The position numbers were made by a program, and so were the translations under genes. Of a stretch of DNA of 64,000 nucleotides, positions 39,157 through 50,500 are shown in pieces; positions within the stretch are counted from its first letter, which is position 1; each line of letters opens with the position of its first letter. Source of the DNA: a virus. Taxonomy: Duplodnaviria > Caudoviricetes. Location: the IMG/VR virus record IMGVR_UViG_3300042474_001076, positions 1-64,000 of that record, one strand, 5' to 3'. The notes under the pieces are model-generated. The model was not told where the DNA came from, did no database searches, and worked only from the letters and a program-made list of their open reading frames with translations.

Positions 39157-42100
39157 ATGCCAGAAAGTGTTTTATCATTTACATCATCATCATCTTTTAG
39201 AGATTTATTAATATCTAGAAATTTACCACCATATCAGGTAGAAGGGTCGTTTAACCCCCCATCTGGTAATGTGGTTTATGAGATTAGTCCTTTAAATGAT
39301 AGTAATGTTATTGATTCACCCAATAATTTAATTTCAACAAACCAATTAGCAAATAATTTATATCCATTAAATGAATGGGGTCCTGATGGAGGATTTATAG
39401 GTAAATATAGTGTTCCGGGAGCACCATTACCTGTTGGAAGTAATAATGGTCCTTATGATCCAACAGATTCATCCTTAGATTTAATTAATGAATTTTATAT
39501 TGATGCGGCATATATTAAAAATATTTTTGGACCTGAAGGGGGATATAAAGATTTAATTATTATAACCGACCTACAATTATCTTCACAGTATTATTTACCG
39601 TATTATAATGGAGTCCCAAGTACTTTTATCCCATCAAGTTATACCCCATACTCAATATTAATATCGAATGATCCAAGTGGGGATATGGGATTGTTATCTC
39701 AAGATTCTTATATTGCTAAAACAGGAGCGGGATATTTAAAAGGATATTTTCAAGAAAGAATTGCTCAAGAATTTTATCAAATGACTCTTGGTAGTATTAA
39801 CTTAAGTACTTTACAAGATCCTTTTAGTGCCACTATGTTGGCAACTGGACAACAACCATTCTTTACTAAGAATTGGAAAATAACAGTACCTGAAAATCCA
39901 TTGTTAGCTGCTGTAAGTTTTTTGAATCGATTAACAGGAACTTATTTTCCTGTATCATTTATTCCTGGAGATTACTTTGATGATCCTGATCCAATATATT
40001 CACCACAAACCCAAAACGCATTAAACGTTGTAAACAATTTAACAGGTGGTGCATTAGGTTCTGTTTTAAATAATTTTAGGAGTCCTTCTGAAATATTTTT
40101 AGCAAACACTGGTAATGGTCAACAATCTGTTTTATTTAAAAGTTTAGAATATAATTTATATCGACCAAATTATGATAAACCACCATTACAACAATTTACA
40201 AGTGTTATATCTAATTTATTTGGAGCAGGACCTAATGGTGGGGGTGGTTATTATGTTGGTAGTGAAGATGTTGAACCGTCACTTATAACTCATCCCGCAA
40301 ATCAAGTTGCTGTTAATTATCTTGGAAAACAACAATCAACATTGGTGTACGGACCTTCTGAATTAGGTAAACTTTATGAGGGTAACGAAGGTAAAATTAA
40401 TTTTGGTTTACAGGCGGAATCATATTCTAATCAAGGGGGTATAAATGGAAATTTTGTATGGACATCACCAAAATATAAAGAAAATGCTGGATGGAAAGTT
40501 GGGGTTGGTGGAGAAAATAAAATTATTGACGAAGAGTTTAACCAAATTCAAAATTCATATAATCAAAATTTATCCACGGAGATTGAATTTAGGGGAGGAT
40601 CAATATTAGATAATACTCAAAGAATAATAAACGCCGCAGACAATGTTGGTGGACAGGCTAGATTAAAACACGCAGGTAATGCTATAAATCAAGTTTCCAA
40701 AGTATTCAATGATGGATATAAAGAAATGACAAAAGGTTCTCAAGTTATTGCTTACTACGATAGTTCGACGGGAGATAGTACTATTGGTGTTGATGGAACT
40801 GAGATAGGTAGAGAATATTGTCGAGTATTCCAAAAAGATACACCATATTTAACATATGCTGATTTACAAAAAACTGATGGTATTACAGAGTCAGGTCGTA
40901 AATTCAATAATTCTGTTCTTGATAATACATTTAATTTAAATATTGCACCATTAAGAAATCCTGGATCAACTAATATTATTGATAGTAAGGTAAAAAAATA
41001 TATGTTTTCATTGGAAAATTTAGCTTGGAGAACTTCAGATCAACCGGGATATACTTATGATGATTTACCAACCTGTGAAAAAGGTCCAAATGGTGGTAGA
41101 ATAATGTGGTTTCCCCCATACGACATAACATTTAGTGAAGATTCTAGTGCTAATTGGAACCCAACTAAATTTTTAGGTAGACCGGAACCAATATACACTT
41201 ATTCAAACACAAGTAGAAGTGGAAGTATAAACTGGAAAATAGTTGTCGATACTCCAGCAGCAATGAATACTATTATTGAAAAACAATTATCAAATAAATC
41301 CTCAAAAGAAGTTGATTCTATTATTAATTCATTTTTTGCGGGATGTGTTAAGTACGATTTATATGATTTGGCAATTAAATTTAATACCATACCAACTAGT
41401 GATTTATATACTTATCAACAATTATTAAATGAACCAAGATTAACTGAAGAAGAATTAGGAGAAATTTATAAAAATGTTAGTGTAGATAAATCAACTAATT
41501 TATCTGACTCAGATGGGGGTGCTGACGTAATAATAACAGATGGTAAAGTTGGTGAAGATGGTACCAATAGTACTTCTGGATCAAAATCTTCAGATGTGGA
41601 AGTAAAGTTGGATCAAGAATCAATTAATGAGTTTATAGACTATTCTTTCTATTTTGATAATGATTATCCTGAGGGGTATACGGTTCCTAATACTACGGTT
41701 ACGGCAACTAAACCATATGATTTTTGGTACAATCAATACCTTTCAGTTCAAGGGACAAATTATGTTAGTCAACCACCCGTTGATGTTTACGTTGGGACAA
41801 AAAAATATATAAATAAAAGTGCCATACCAAAATTCTTTACCGAAGTTATTATTGGTAATTATAATAAAATTCAAACCGAATTTTTAACTAAATTAAAAGA
41901 AATAATTATTGATCAAAACGGAAAAGTTAAAATTGAGTTACAAGGATCTGCATCTGCTCCGGCAAAAATAGAATATAATAGAAGTTTATCTAAACGAAGA
42001 ATTGATTCTGTATTACAATGGTTTAGATCTAAAACAATTGGAGACATAACAGTACCTGTTTTGGAAAGCCAAGGGAGATTAACTTTTATTGAAAACTCCA

Positions 42101-44232
42101 ATGGTGAGGAAATCACAGTATTAGTGGGTAAAAACGGACCATATGAAGATACCGATTGTAGGCAAGACATCAGTAGAACTTCAGGGGGAGAACCAAGTGG
42201 AACGGCACAATGGTATTCTATTCCTGCAATGTCATGTAGAAGAGTCCGTATTGCAAACATAACCATAGATCCTGCCCCAATAACAACAATAGAAACAACA
42301 TTAAAAACAATACCCCTAACAGAAATTGAAATTACCACCAAAATAACCGAAGATGGTAGTACTAATACCACCAAAATAACCAACAACACACCGCCAGGAC
42401 CTAAACCACTTAAAAAAGTTGATCCTCTTAAAACAGTTAAAGAAGGTATTTCTAAAAAAATATTAAGAAGTTTATTTAGTGAGTGTGATTATTTTGAGGT
42501 TATTAAAAAAGAAAACCCGATGGTTTACGATAGTATTAAAGATAAGATAAAATATTTTAGTCCGGCATTTCACTCAACCACACCTGAAGGATTAAATGCG
42601 AGATTAACATTTTTAAATCAGTGCATGAGACCTGGACAAACAATTCCGGTTATTGATACTGACGGTAGACCAAAATATAATGATGCGTTAAACACTTCAT
42701 TTGGTGCTCCGCCTGTATTAGTTTTAAGAATTGGAGATTTTTACCATACTAAAATAATACCAAATCGTCTTGGAATAACTTACGATCCTTTACTTTTTGA
42801 TATAAATCCAGAAGGAATTGGTGTACAACCTATGATTGCTAAAATTACTTTATCATTTGATTTTATTGGTGGTAATGGATTAGCCGGACCTGTTGAACAA
42901 TTACAAAACGCATTATCTTTTAATTACTACGCAAACACTGAGATCTATGATGAAAGGGCGGTTGCAACAGAAGACACGTCGAAAAGGGATAACGAGATTG
43001 TCGGTAAACTTGTTCCTAATTCACCTTCTTCTCCAACTGTTGGTGACATACCAAACAATATACCTCAAAAAGGTGGAGAAACAATTGGAAAAATACTTGG
43101 AGCAAGTTCCAACGATGATGGTACTATAGAGACGGGTGAATTAGATTATAGTGGACTTATTAGTGAGTTATCAACATCAACTAAAGATTTCTTTTCAACA
43201 ATATATAACAAGTTAAAAAGTATCAATGACATTTCTAATTACGGAATATTACAACTTGTTAATTTTAAAAGAAAATATTTTGATGGAAACATTAGTGAAT
43301 TTGGAAGCCCGGCTCCATTAAAAATTTATGGTAAACCTGATGATGTTGAAAAATTAATAAAAAATCTTGTTGACAATGCGGTAAACGATTGTAAAAATGA
43401 CTTATCTCCCGTTATTAAAGATATTGTTAACGATACTGAATACACTAATGCAGCACAAAGACAAGTCAAAAACAAATTAGAGGATATTTTAAAAAATAGA
43501 GAAGGTGAAATAAACAATTTTGTTATTGGGTCAATTAATGAACTCACAAGTTATCAAGAAAATTTAAACTATACTTTTAGAAAAACTGATGTGGTTATAT
43601 CAAAAATTGATGGAATATTATTAGAGACTGGTAAACCAAAAGTTTATATTTTTACAGGATCTAGTGCAACAACTGTATCTGATTCAATACTTAATGTATA
43701 TAAGACTAATGTTGCATCAGGAATCACCGAATTTTTTGATGTTATGTTAAACAGATATATAATAGATTCACCCTTATATAGTGAAAATATTAACGTAATG
43801 AACTTTCCGGATCTTAGTTGGTGGTTTAGACCATTTTCAACTCCTGAACAAATAAGATTTTATATGGTAATGTCTGATGTAATGTTAGATGATAACAAAT
43901 ATACTTCTTTTATAGAAAGTTTAACCTCATTAGAAAAAATAAAATCTAACCCAAAATTAGTGTCTGATTTAAAAAATAGGTTTGACGACTATAGAAAACA
44001 ATGTAAAACAGAAAAAGAAAATGAAAATAGATTATTTAATGATTATGAAAAAAGTCCTGAATATGAAAAGTTTCAAAATTTTGAAATACCCCCTTTTGAT
44101 GTTAAAGTAGGGTATACTACAGACAAAAATGACCCAAGTTATTCAACGTATGAAAAAAGAATATCGGACCTATATAGTAAACAAAACTTAAATACTAATG
44201 ATAAATATAATGGTAAAATAAAATTTAATTAA
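39157..44232 (+). CDS. Large baseplate/tube-initiator protein with OmpA-like domain
   Basis: FPPY..FSE.S.ANW...FLGRPEPIYTY.N.SR and PP.L.LRIGDFY.TKI tube-initiator-like motifs. YFDND...IELQGSAS...YN..LS.RR..SV is OmpA-like. Confidence 0.6.
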   Translation: MPESVLSFTSSSSFRDLLISRNLPPYQVEGSFNPPSGNVVYEISPLNDSNVIDSPNNLISTNQLANNLYPLNEWGPDGGFIGKYSVPGAPLPVGSNNGPYDPTDSSLDLINEFYIDAAYIKNIFGPEGGYKDLIIITDLQLSSQYYLPYYNGVPSTFIPSSYTPYSILISNDPSGDMGLLSQDSYIAKTGAGYLKGYFQERIAQEFYQMTLGSINLSTLQDPFSATMLATGQQPFFTKNWKITVPENPLLAAVSFLNRLTGTYFPVSFIPGDYFDDPDPIYSPQTQNALNVVNNLTGGALGSVLNNFRSPSEIFLANTGNGQQSVLFKSLEYNLYRPNYDKPPLQQFTSVISNLFGAGPNGGGGYYVGSEDVEPSLITHPANQVAVNYLGKQQSTLVYGPSELGKLYEGNEGKINFGLQAESYSNQGGINGNFVWTSPKYKENAGWKVGVGGENKIIDEEFNQIQNSYNQNLSTEIEFRGGSILDNTQRIINAADNVGGQARLKHAGNAINQVSKVFNDGYKEMTKGSQVIAYYDSSTGDSTIGVDGTEIGREYCRVFQKDTPYLTYADLQKTDGITESGRKFNNSVLDNTFNLNIAPLRNPGSTNIIDSKVKKYMFSLENLAWRTSDQPGYTYDDLPTCEKGPNGGRIMWFPPYDITFSEDSSANWNPTKFLGRPEPIYTYSNTSRSGSINWKIVVDTPAAMNTIIEKQLSNKSSKEVDSIINSFFAGCVKYDLYDLAIKFNTIPTSDLYTYQQLLNEPRLTEEELGEIYKNVSVDKSTNLSDSDGGADVIITDGKVGEDGTNSTSGSKSSDVEVKLDQESINEFIDYSFYFDNDYPEGYTVPNTTVTATKPYDFWYNQYLSVQGTNYVSQPPVDVYVGTKKYINKSAIPKFFTEVIIGNYNKIQTEFLTKLKEIIIDQNGKVKIELQGSASAPAKIEYNRSLSKRRIDSVLQWFRSKTIGDITVPVLESQGRLTFIENSNGEEITVLVGKNGPYEDTDCRQDISRTSGGEPSGTAQWYSIPAMSCRRVRIANITIDPAPITTIETTLKTIPLTEIEITTKITEDGSTNTTKITNNTPPGPKPLKKVDPLKTVKEGISKKILRSLFSECDYFEVIKKENPMVYDSIKDKIKYFSPAFHSTTPEGLNARLTFLNQCMRPGQTIPVIDTDGRPKYNDALNTSFGAPPVLVLRIGDFYHTKIIPNRLGITYDPLLFDINPEGIGVQPMIAKITLSFDFIGGNGLAGPVEQLQNALSFNYYANTEIYDERAVATEDTSKRDNEIVGKLVPNSPSSPTVGDIPNNIPQKGGETIGKILGASSNDDGTIETGELDYSGLISELSTSTKDFFSTIYNKLKSINDISNYGILQLVNFKRKYFDGNISEFGSPAPLKIYGKPDDVEKLIKNLVDNAVNDCKNDLSPVIKDIVNDTEYTNAAQRQVKNKLEDILKNREGEINNFVIGSINELTSYQENLNYTFRKTDVVISKIDGILLETGKPKVYIFTGSSATTVSDSILNVYKTNVASGITEFFDVMLNRYIIDSPLYSENINVMNFPDLSWWFRPFSTPEQIRFYMVMSDVMLDDNKYTSFIESLTSLEKIKSNPKLVSDLKNRFDDYRKQCKTEKENENRLFNDYEKSPEYEKFQNFEIPPFDVKVGYTTDKNDPSYSTYEKRISDLYSKQNLNTNDKYNGKIKFN

Positions 44233-44233
44233 T

Positions 44234-44557
44234 ATGCAGTTACAGTATTATAATAGATATAATTCATTTTTACTTAACGGAAAACAAACCGTTGTTCCGT
44301 ATATTAATTTGCCGTCAAAATCATCAGATAAAAAATATATTTATAAGGTTGGTACGTCTAGATTAGATAAAGTGTCTCAACAACATTACAATTCACCATT
44401 TTTTGGTTGGTTAATTTTACAATCAAACCCACAATATACTGGACTTGAATTTAATATTCCTGATGGTGCGGTATTGACAATTCCATATCCGTTGTTAACT
44501 TCATTACAGGATTATAAAAACGAATTAGATAATCACATATTCTATTATGGTAAATAA
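44234..44557 (+). CDS. LysM-like baseplate wedge protein (gp53/tail X-like)
   Basis: RLDKVSQQHYNSPFFGWLILQSNP...IP.G..L.IP. Confidence 0.75.
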   Translation: MQLQYYNRYNSFLLNGKQTVVPYINLPSKSSDKKYIYKVGTSRLDKVSQQHYNSPFFGWLILQSNPQYTGLEFNIPDGAVLTIPYPLLTSLQDYKNELDNHIFYYGK

Positions 44558-47500
44558 CGGAGAAAATATATTAGTAGAATTTGATTACCAAAACATATCA
44601 GTAATTGACCCAAATAAAATAATTGATGAAGAAGGTAGACCAAAAGAAAGACTTATAGATCACGAAAATCTTGTGTTCTACGCTAATTTAGAATGTTCTG
44701 TATTACCAAGAACTAAATTAGCTTTAGGCGTTTCACTAAACGAATCAGTTAAAACTATATCTGTTGGTAAAATTAATTTTTTAAATCCAGGGTTTAAAAA
44801 ATTTTTAGACAATGGATGGTCAGATGAAATAACAGGAAAAAATACTTTAACCGGAAAAGGTGTTAACCAACCAAAAAAATCTGTTAGTGTAAATCCTGAT
44901 AATTCAGCAGACTTTTATTATAGTCAAAGTTTAATATCAAATGGGGTACCTGGTGCTGTTGATAATGGATTATTAGGTATAACACAAATAAATTATAGTT
45001 GTGGTTTAGATTTTGTACCTACTATCGATATTACTCTTGAAGACGTAAAAGGAAGATCGTTGTTTGAAGGTGGTAATAATTCTCCATACGCAGCATTTTT
45101 CCAATTCCCATACCCACTTTTTCATTTAACCATAAAAGGATATTTGGGTAAAGCAATTAGAATACCATTAATGTTAGAAAAATTTGGATCTTCATTTGAT
45201 CCAAGTTCTGGTAACTTTAGGGTAAAATTAGAACTGAAAACATATAAATACACAATTATGTCTCATGTTACTTTTGGAGCAATGATGGGAACACCACTAA
45301 TGTACAAGTCAATTGTTACAACAAAACAAATCCAACCAAATAATAGTTCTAATAATTCAACACCTGTTAAAAAAACATTTGCAAGTGAGGGTTATCAAAA
45401 AATGAAAGAATTATATTCTGAATATAAATCAAAAGGATTAATTAATGATAATTTTCCTGAAATAACAATACAACAATTAAAGTACAGGTTAGATAGGTTT
45501 ATTAAAAATATAATAGATAGTTTTAAAAAAACTAACTTAAATGTTTTAAATGATTTAACAGATTACACAACCCAACTAACTGAATATGATGGGTATGTTT
45601 TTTATTATACTCCCGATTCTTGGGTAAAACAATATTTAGATGTGAATAATATTTTTGTACTTAAAGATAGTGAAGAAATAATATACCAATGGAAAAAAGA
45701 ATACAGGGACGATATTACAAAACAATCCGCACCACTAAATGAACTTGATGGTATAATTAAAAAATTTAATCTTGCTCTTGAAAAGAATAAAACATTAGGT
45801 TTAAATCAACCAAATTATATTCCGAACAAAATTGAATTAAATACTTGTTACACTAAATCAAAGTTTATTGATGTCAACATTAATAAAACATATTTGTTAA
45901 GAACAAATAAAGAATTACCCGGAATTCCATCCGAAGTTTCCGCTTTTACAAAAACATTAGAAATCGAATTTCAGAAAAATAAAAATTTTCAATTTGATGG
46001 TAAAGGTTACTTTTTAAATCAAACAAAAGTAATGCAACAAAAATATCAAATAAATAGACAAAAAATTGAAGAATCTTTAACTGCACAATTGGCGGATCAA
46101 ATGAGTAATACATCAACTGGTATTGGTTTTGAACCAACAATGAGGAATATTTTAGCGGTATTTTTTGCTCAAGGGGAAGCTTTTTTACGTCTGATGGATG
46201 ATGTACATACAAAGGCTTGGAATTTAAGAGAAGATAAGTATAGAAAAGATGCCGTATTTGGTAGTAATTCAACGGTCCCTAGTGTTGATATAAAAAACGA
46301 TGGAGAAGAAAACACCCCAATATATCCTTGGCCACAATTAATTGTTGAAAACACAAAAAACGATGGTGGTGAGAAATATGAATTAAAATATCCTGGTGAT
46401 CCGGTTTTATCGGGAAAAATAAACGCTTTTATACCTGAAATATGGCCTGAAGTTGAGTTTGTTGAAGAATTTATAAAGGCATATACAGAAAGAGAACTTC
46501 CAATTCCGGATCCTGAATATATTAATAATGGATTAACAAAACCTGAAAGATTAAGTTTTAATGCTATTGAATTTCCAATTAATAATCAAGTATTTCAAAA
46601 CACAGAAGAAGTAAAATTTTTTTATGAAATATATGAAAGATTAATGTTAAATTCATTTTATAGTTTAATGTCTAGAGACTCTTCGAAATTATATAATATG
46701 GAGTTTTATTCTGCCGAGTCAGAAGTTATTAACATTATAAAAGCGTTAGGTGATGACAACCCATATCTAACTAAAAAATTAAAAGAATATAATATTAATT
46801 CAGGAGTCTATGGAGGATTTTTAAGACATATCTCAAATCAAGGAGAGGGAATATCTTGGCAAAATTTTATTAGAGGAGAATTTAATACACCATATATTAA
46901 AAATGAAACATTAAGTTCATTTGATCTTTTAGACGCTAAGATATTAATTAATGAAATATCCCAACCAAATGTTGGAATAGAAAATACGGAATTAGTTGAA
47001 AAATATATTGGGATTGACAATGTAATTGAAAAATATGACATATGTGATTTGTACCCAATAACTAATTTATCTTGGGACAACAATTATTTGGCAAACGGCA
47101 CAATAATACAAAAAACAGAATTGGTATATAAGACTTCTGATGTTTTAAAATATGATTTAAATAATAAATCAATTGTTAATTTTACTGAAAATAAAATTAT
47201 AAAACCAATAACTAATTTTAATTATACTGATGACATTTTTAATCAATCAATTATAAATGGTAATTTAAAATTATTTTATAAAAATAGACAAATTAAAAAT
47301 CAATATATAACAGAAGGAAATGTTTTTTATAAAAATTATACAGACAATTTAATAGACGAACAAACAACTTCAATGTTGAACACCCCCTATTTTATAAATG
47401 CAATTCAAAAAGGAGTTTATAATTTTAGATATAATAGTGGAGATTCTTCCCCATATAAATTGGCAGCTTATCTATTTTTAAATAGTTTACCTTTAGCAAC

Positions 47501-50500
47501 ATTAAAAGAAAAATACAAATTACTTGATGATACTAATAATTCCACAAATGAATTAAGTTATATTATATCAACAATTAAAAAATTTGGAGCAATACATAGA
47601 TTACCACACGCTTGGATTTTAAAATATGGATCACTTTGGCATAGATACAAAACTTGGGTTGAAACTGGAAATGATATTTTAACAGAAGTTTGGAACAATT
47701 TTAATTATTCTTATAATTACGACCCCGTTAATAGTGCAACAACAAAATCTTATAATGTTACTATTGATGGTTCACCACAAGAAATTATATTAGAGGGTAA
47801 TATAACAACAAATGTTCTTGGAATTAATTATGTAAAAACAATTATTAATAATGGTTTTTACCCAAAAACAATAGATGATTTTAATGTTTTTTATCAAGGA
47901 AAAGTTGTTTTTGATAGTGTAGTACCAATTGGAGGTACTTGTGCAATAGTTAATGATAATGAATTAGAAGTACTAACAATAAATGGAGATGAAATTATTA
48001 GTGGAATGACACTATCTGGTACTTCATTACAATATGGTACAACAATAGTTTCTCAGATAAGTGGAACAACTGGGGGTGTTGGTAGATATATAATAACCCC
48101 TAATCAATTACCAAATGGTACAACAATTACTTTAGATCTTCTTGGTCCAACATTTAATTTTATTTTGACTAATGTTAACGCTGTTGGATATGTCAGTTCG
48201 GAAATACAATCTGCATTAAATACAAACTTAGGAATGGTTAAAACAACTGGTTCTTTAATTAATAAATCTAATGGGTTTGATTTTCCTAATGTTACACGTT
48301 CATTAACATTAACGCCTTGGTCTTGTTATGTAAAAACAACTGATCAAACTTCTATTTACCCCCTTCCTTCATTTGGGGGAATAATAAATCAAACTAAAGA
48401 TGAGTGTTTTAGAATAAATGGAACTATTAAAACAGAGGTTTCAGGAAATAACTCAATGTATAATGGTTCTGTAAGATTATTTTGGAAAGCACCAAATTAT
48501 GGGTATTTCAATAATAATAAAGTCGTTCCCCCAAGTCCTGACAGTTATTTAAAAGAAATTTATAATAGTGGTACAACACAACAAAATTTTTCAATAAATG
48601 GGGATATAGGTGATTACTCTAAATTGGATGAAATGTTTACATCATTTGATAAAAATATTTTGGACATTTTAGAGATAGAGTTTTTAAATTTTGGTAGATC
48701 GGTATATGATTATGACACATTAATTACATCTGTAACAGGTGAAGAGACAGAAAGTGAAAAAATGTGTAAAAATTTCCAATTGTTAATGAGAACAATGATG
48801 AAAATTCCGGTACCAACAGCAACAAATGGTGACTCCATTGTTTCAGAAATACAAAATAGTCAAATTACCGCATTTAAATCTTATTTAACTAAATTTATGG
48901 ATTATGAGGTTGTGATGAAATATGGTAACCCGTCAAACTTTGATAAAAAATTATTTTATACTTTTTCAAATAAATATATTGAGAATCCATATACATATCA
49001 AGGGTATAAACAATCATCACCAAACACTTTACCAACTGGATTATTAAGTCCTGTTACTTTATTACAATCAAAAACAAATAATCCAGTTACTTGGAAAGCT
49101 TTAGAGACTTATGTTGGGTTTTCAGAAATACCCGAATTAAAATATAAAAATAATGGATCATATATTACAGATTTTTTTATTGATTTAGATGTTCAATTTA
49201 ATGAAAAAAATGTTATTCAGTTTGCTCCGATAATAAAAATTTATGCAACACAGAAACTTAAAAAAAATAATATAACTAAAATTGAGTTTTATACTTTAAT
49301 GAATGATTATTTAAACAAAAATGAAGATTATATTGACACAGTACTTGATTTAGAATTAACAAGATTAAGAAATAAATTACCAAACGTAATAGTTACTCCT
49401 GATAGAAATAGTGTTAAATCTAATTTACAGGGAGAACAAACAAGATATGAAATATGGGACACATTTAAATCTATAAATGACAAATTTATTTCAGGTAATG
49501 ACTATAAAACAAAAACACTATTTGAAGACATTTTATTGTTCGATAGAGCAAGTAGAGATGTTGGTCAAAAAATATATGCTGACATTTTTAAAGTAAAAGA
49601 ATTAATAGAATATGGTGACCATAATAATAAAATGGTGGACATGGTAACAACTATTTTAACTCAAAATAATTTTACATACTTTACTATGCCGGCGTACGCT
49701 AATTTTTATAATGTACAAAACGTTAGTAAAAACCCAACACCAAATCCGGAAGGGACATTAGAGTTTGCAAATTCCTTATTTGGAACATTTTTAACATTAG
49801 ATTATCGGGATACAACATCAAAATTTTTATGTTTATATGCCAATAAACCTAGTGAACATTTAGCCTTAAATGATAATGTGGATTATCGTTTTAGAGATGA
49901 TGCTTTTGATTTAAGAAGATCAAGTGATAATCCATTACTTGACAATTTAAACGGAAAAACAGATTGGGATAAATCAAATAAGGTTGTTGGTTTTAATGTT
50001 GATATTGGACCTCAAAATCAACAAATATTCAAACAATTTGATATAAGTCAAGACCCTGGACTCCCAACAACAGAAAGTTTAGAAGTGTTAAATCAGATGG
50101 CGAATTTAAATAGAAACAGAAGTGAATCAACACAGAGCGTATCTCTTTATAACTTATATAGAAATAGAAGTTATAAGTGTAGTATTGATATGTTAGGTAA
50201 TGCAATGATTCAACCAATGATGTATTTTAACTTAAGAAACGTACCTATGTTTAGTGGTCCATATATGATTACGAAAGTTAGTCATAGAATAAGTGACAAT
50301 GGTTTTGATACTGAGTTTGAAGGACAAAGACAACCATTTTATAGTATTCCGGCAATAGATAAATTTTTACAATCGTTAAGTACCACAATATTATTATCAA
50401 TTAAAGAACAAATAGAAAAAGATGAAACCGCTAAACTAGATTCTCCCGAAAATATATTACAAGAACAAAATGATATTATTAACAATACAAATAATGGTAA

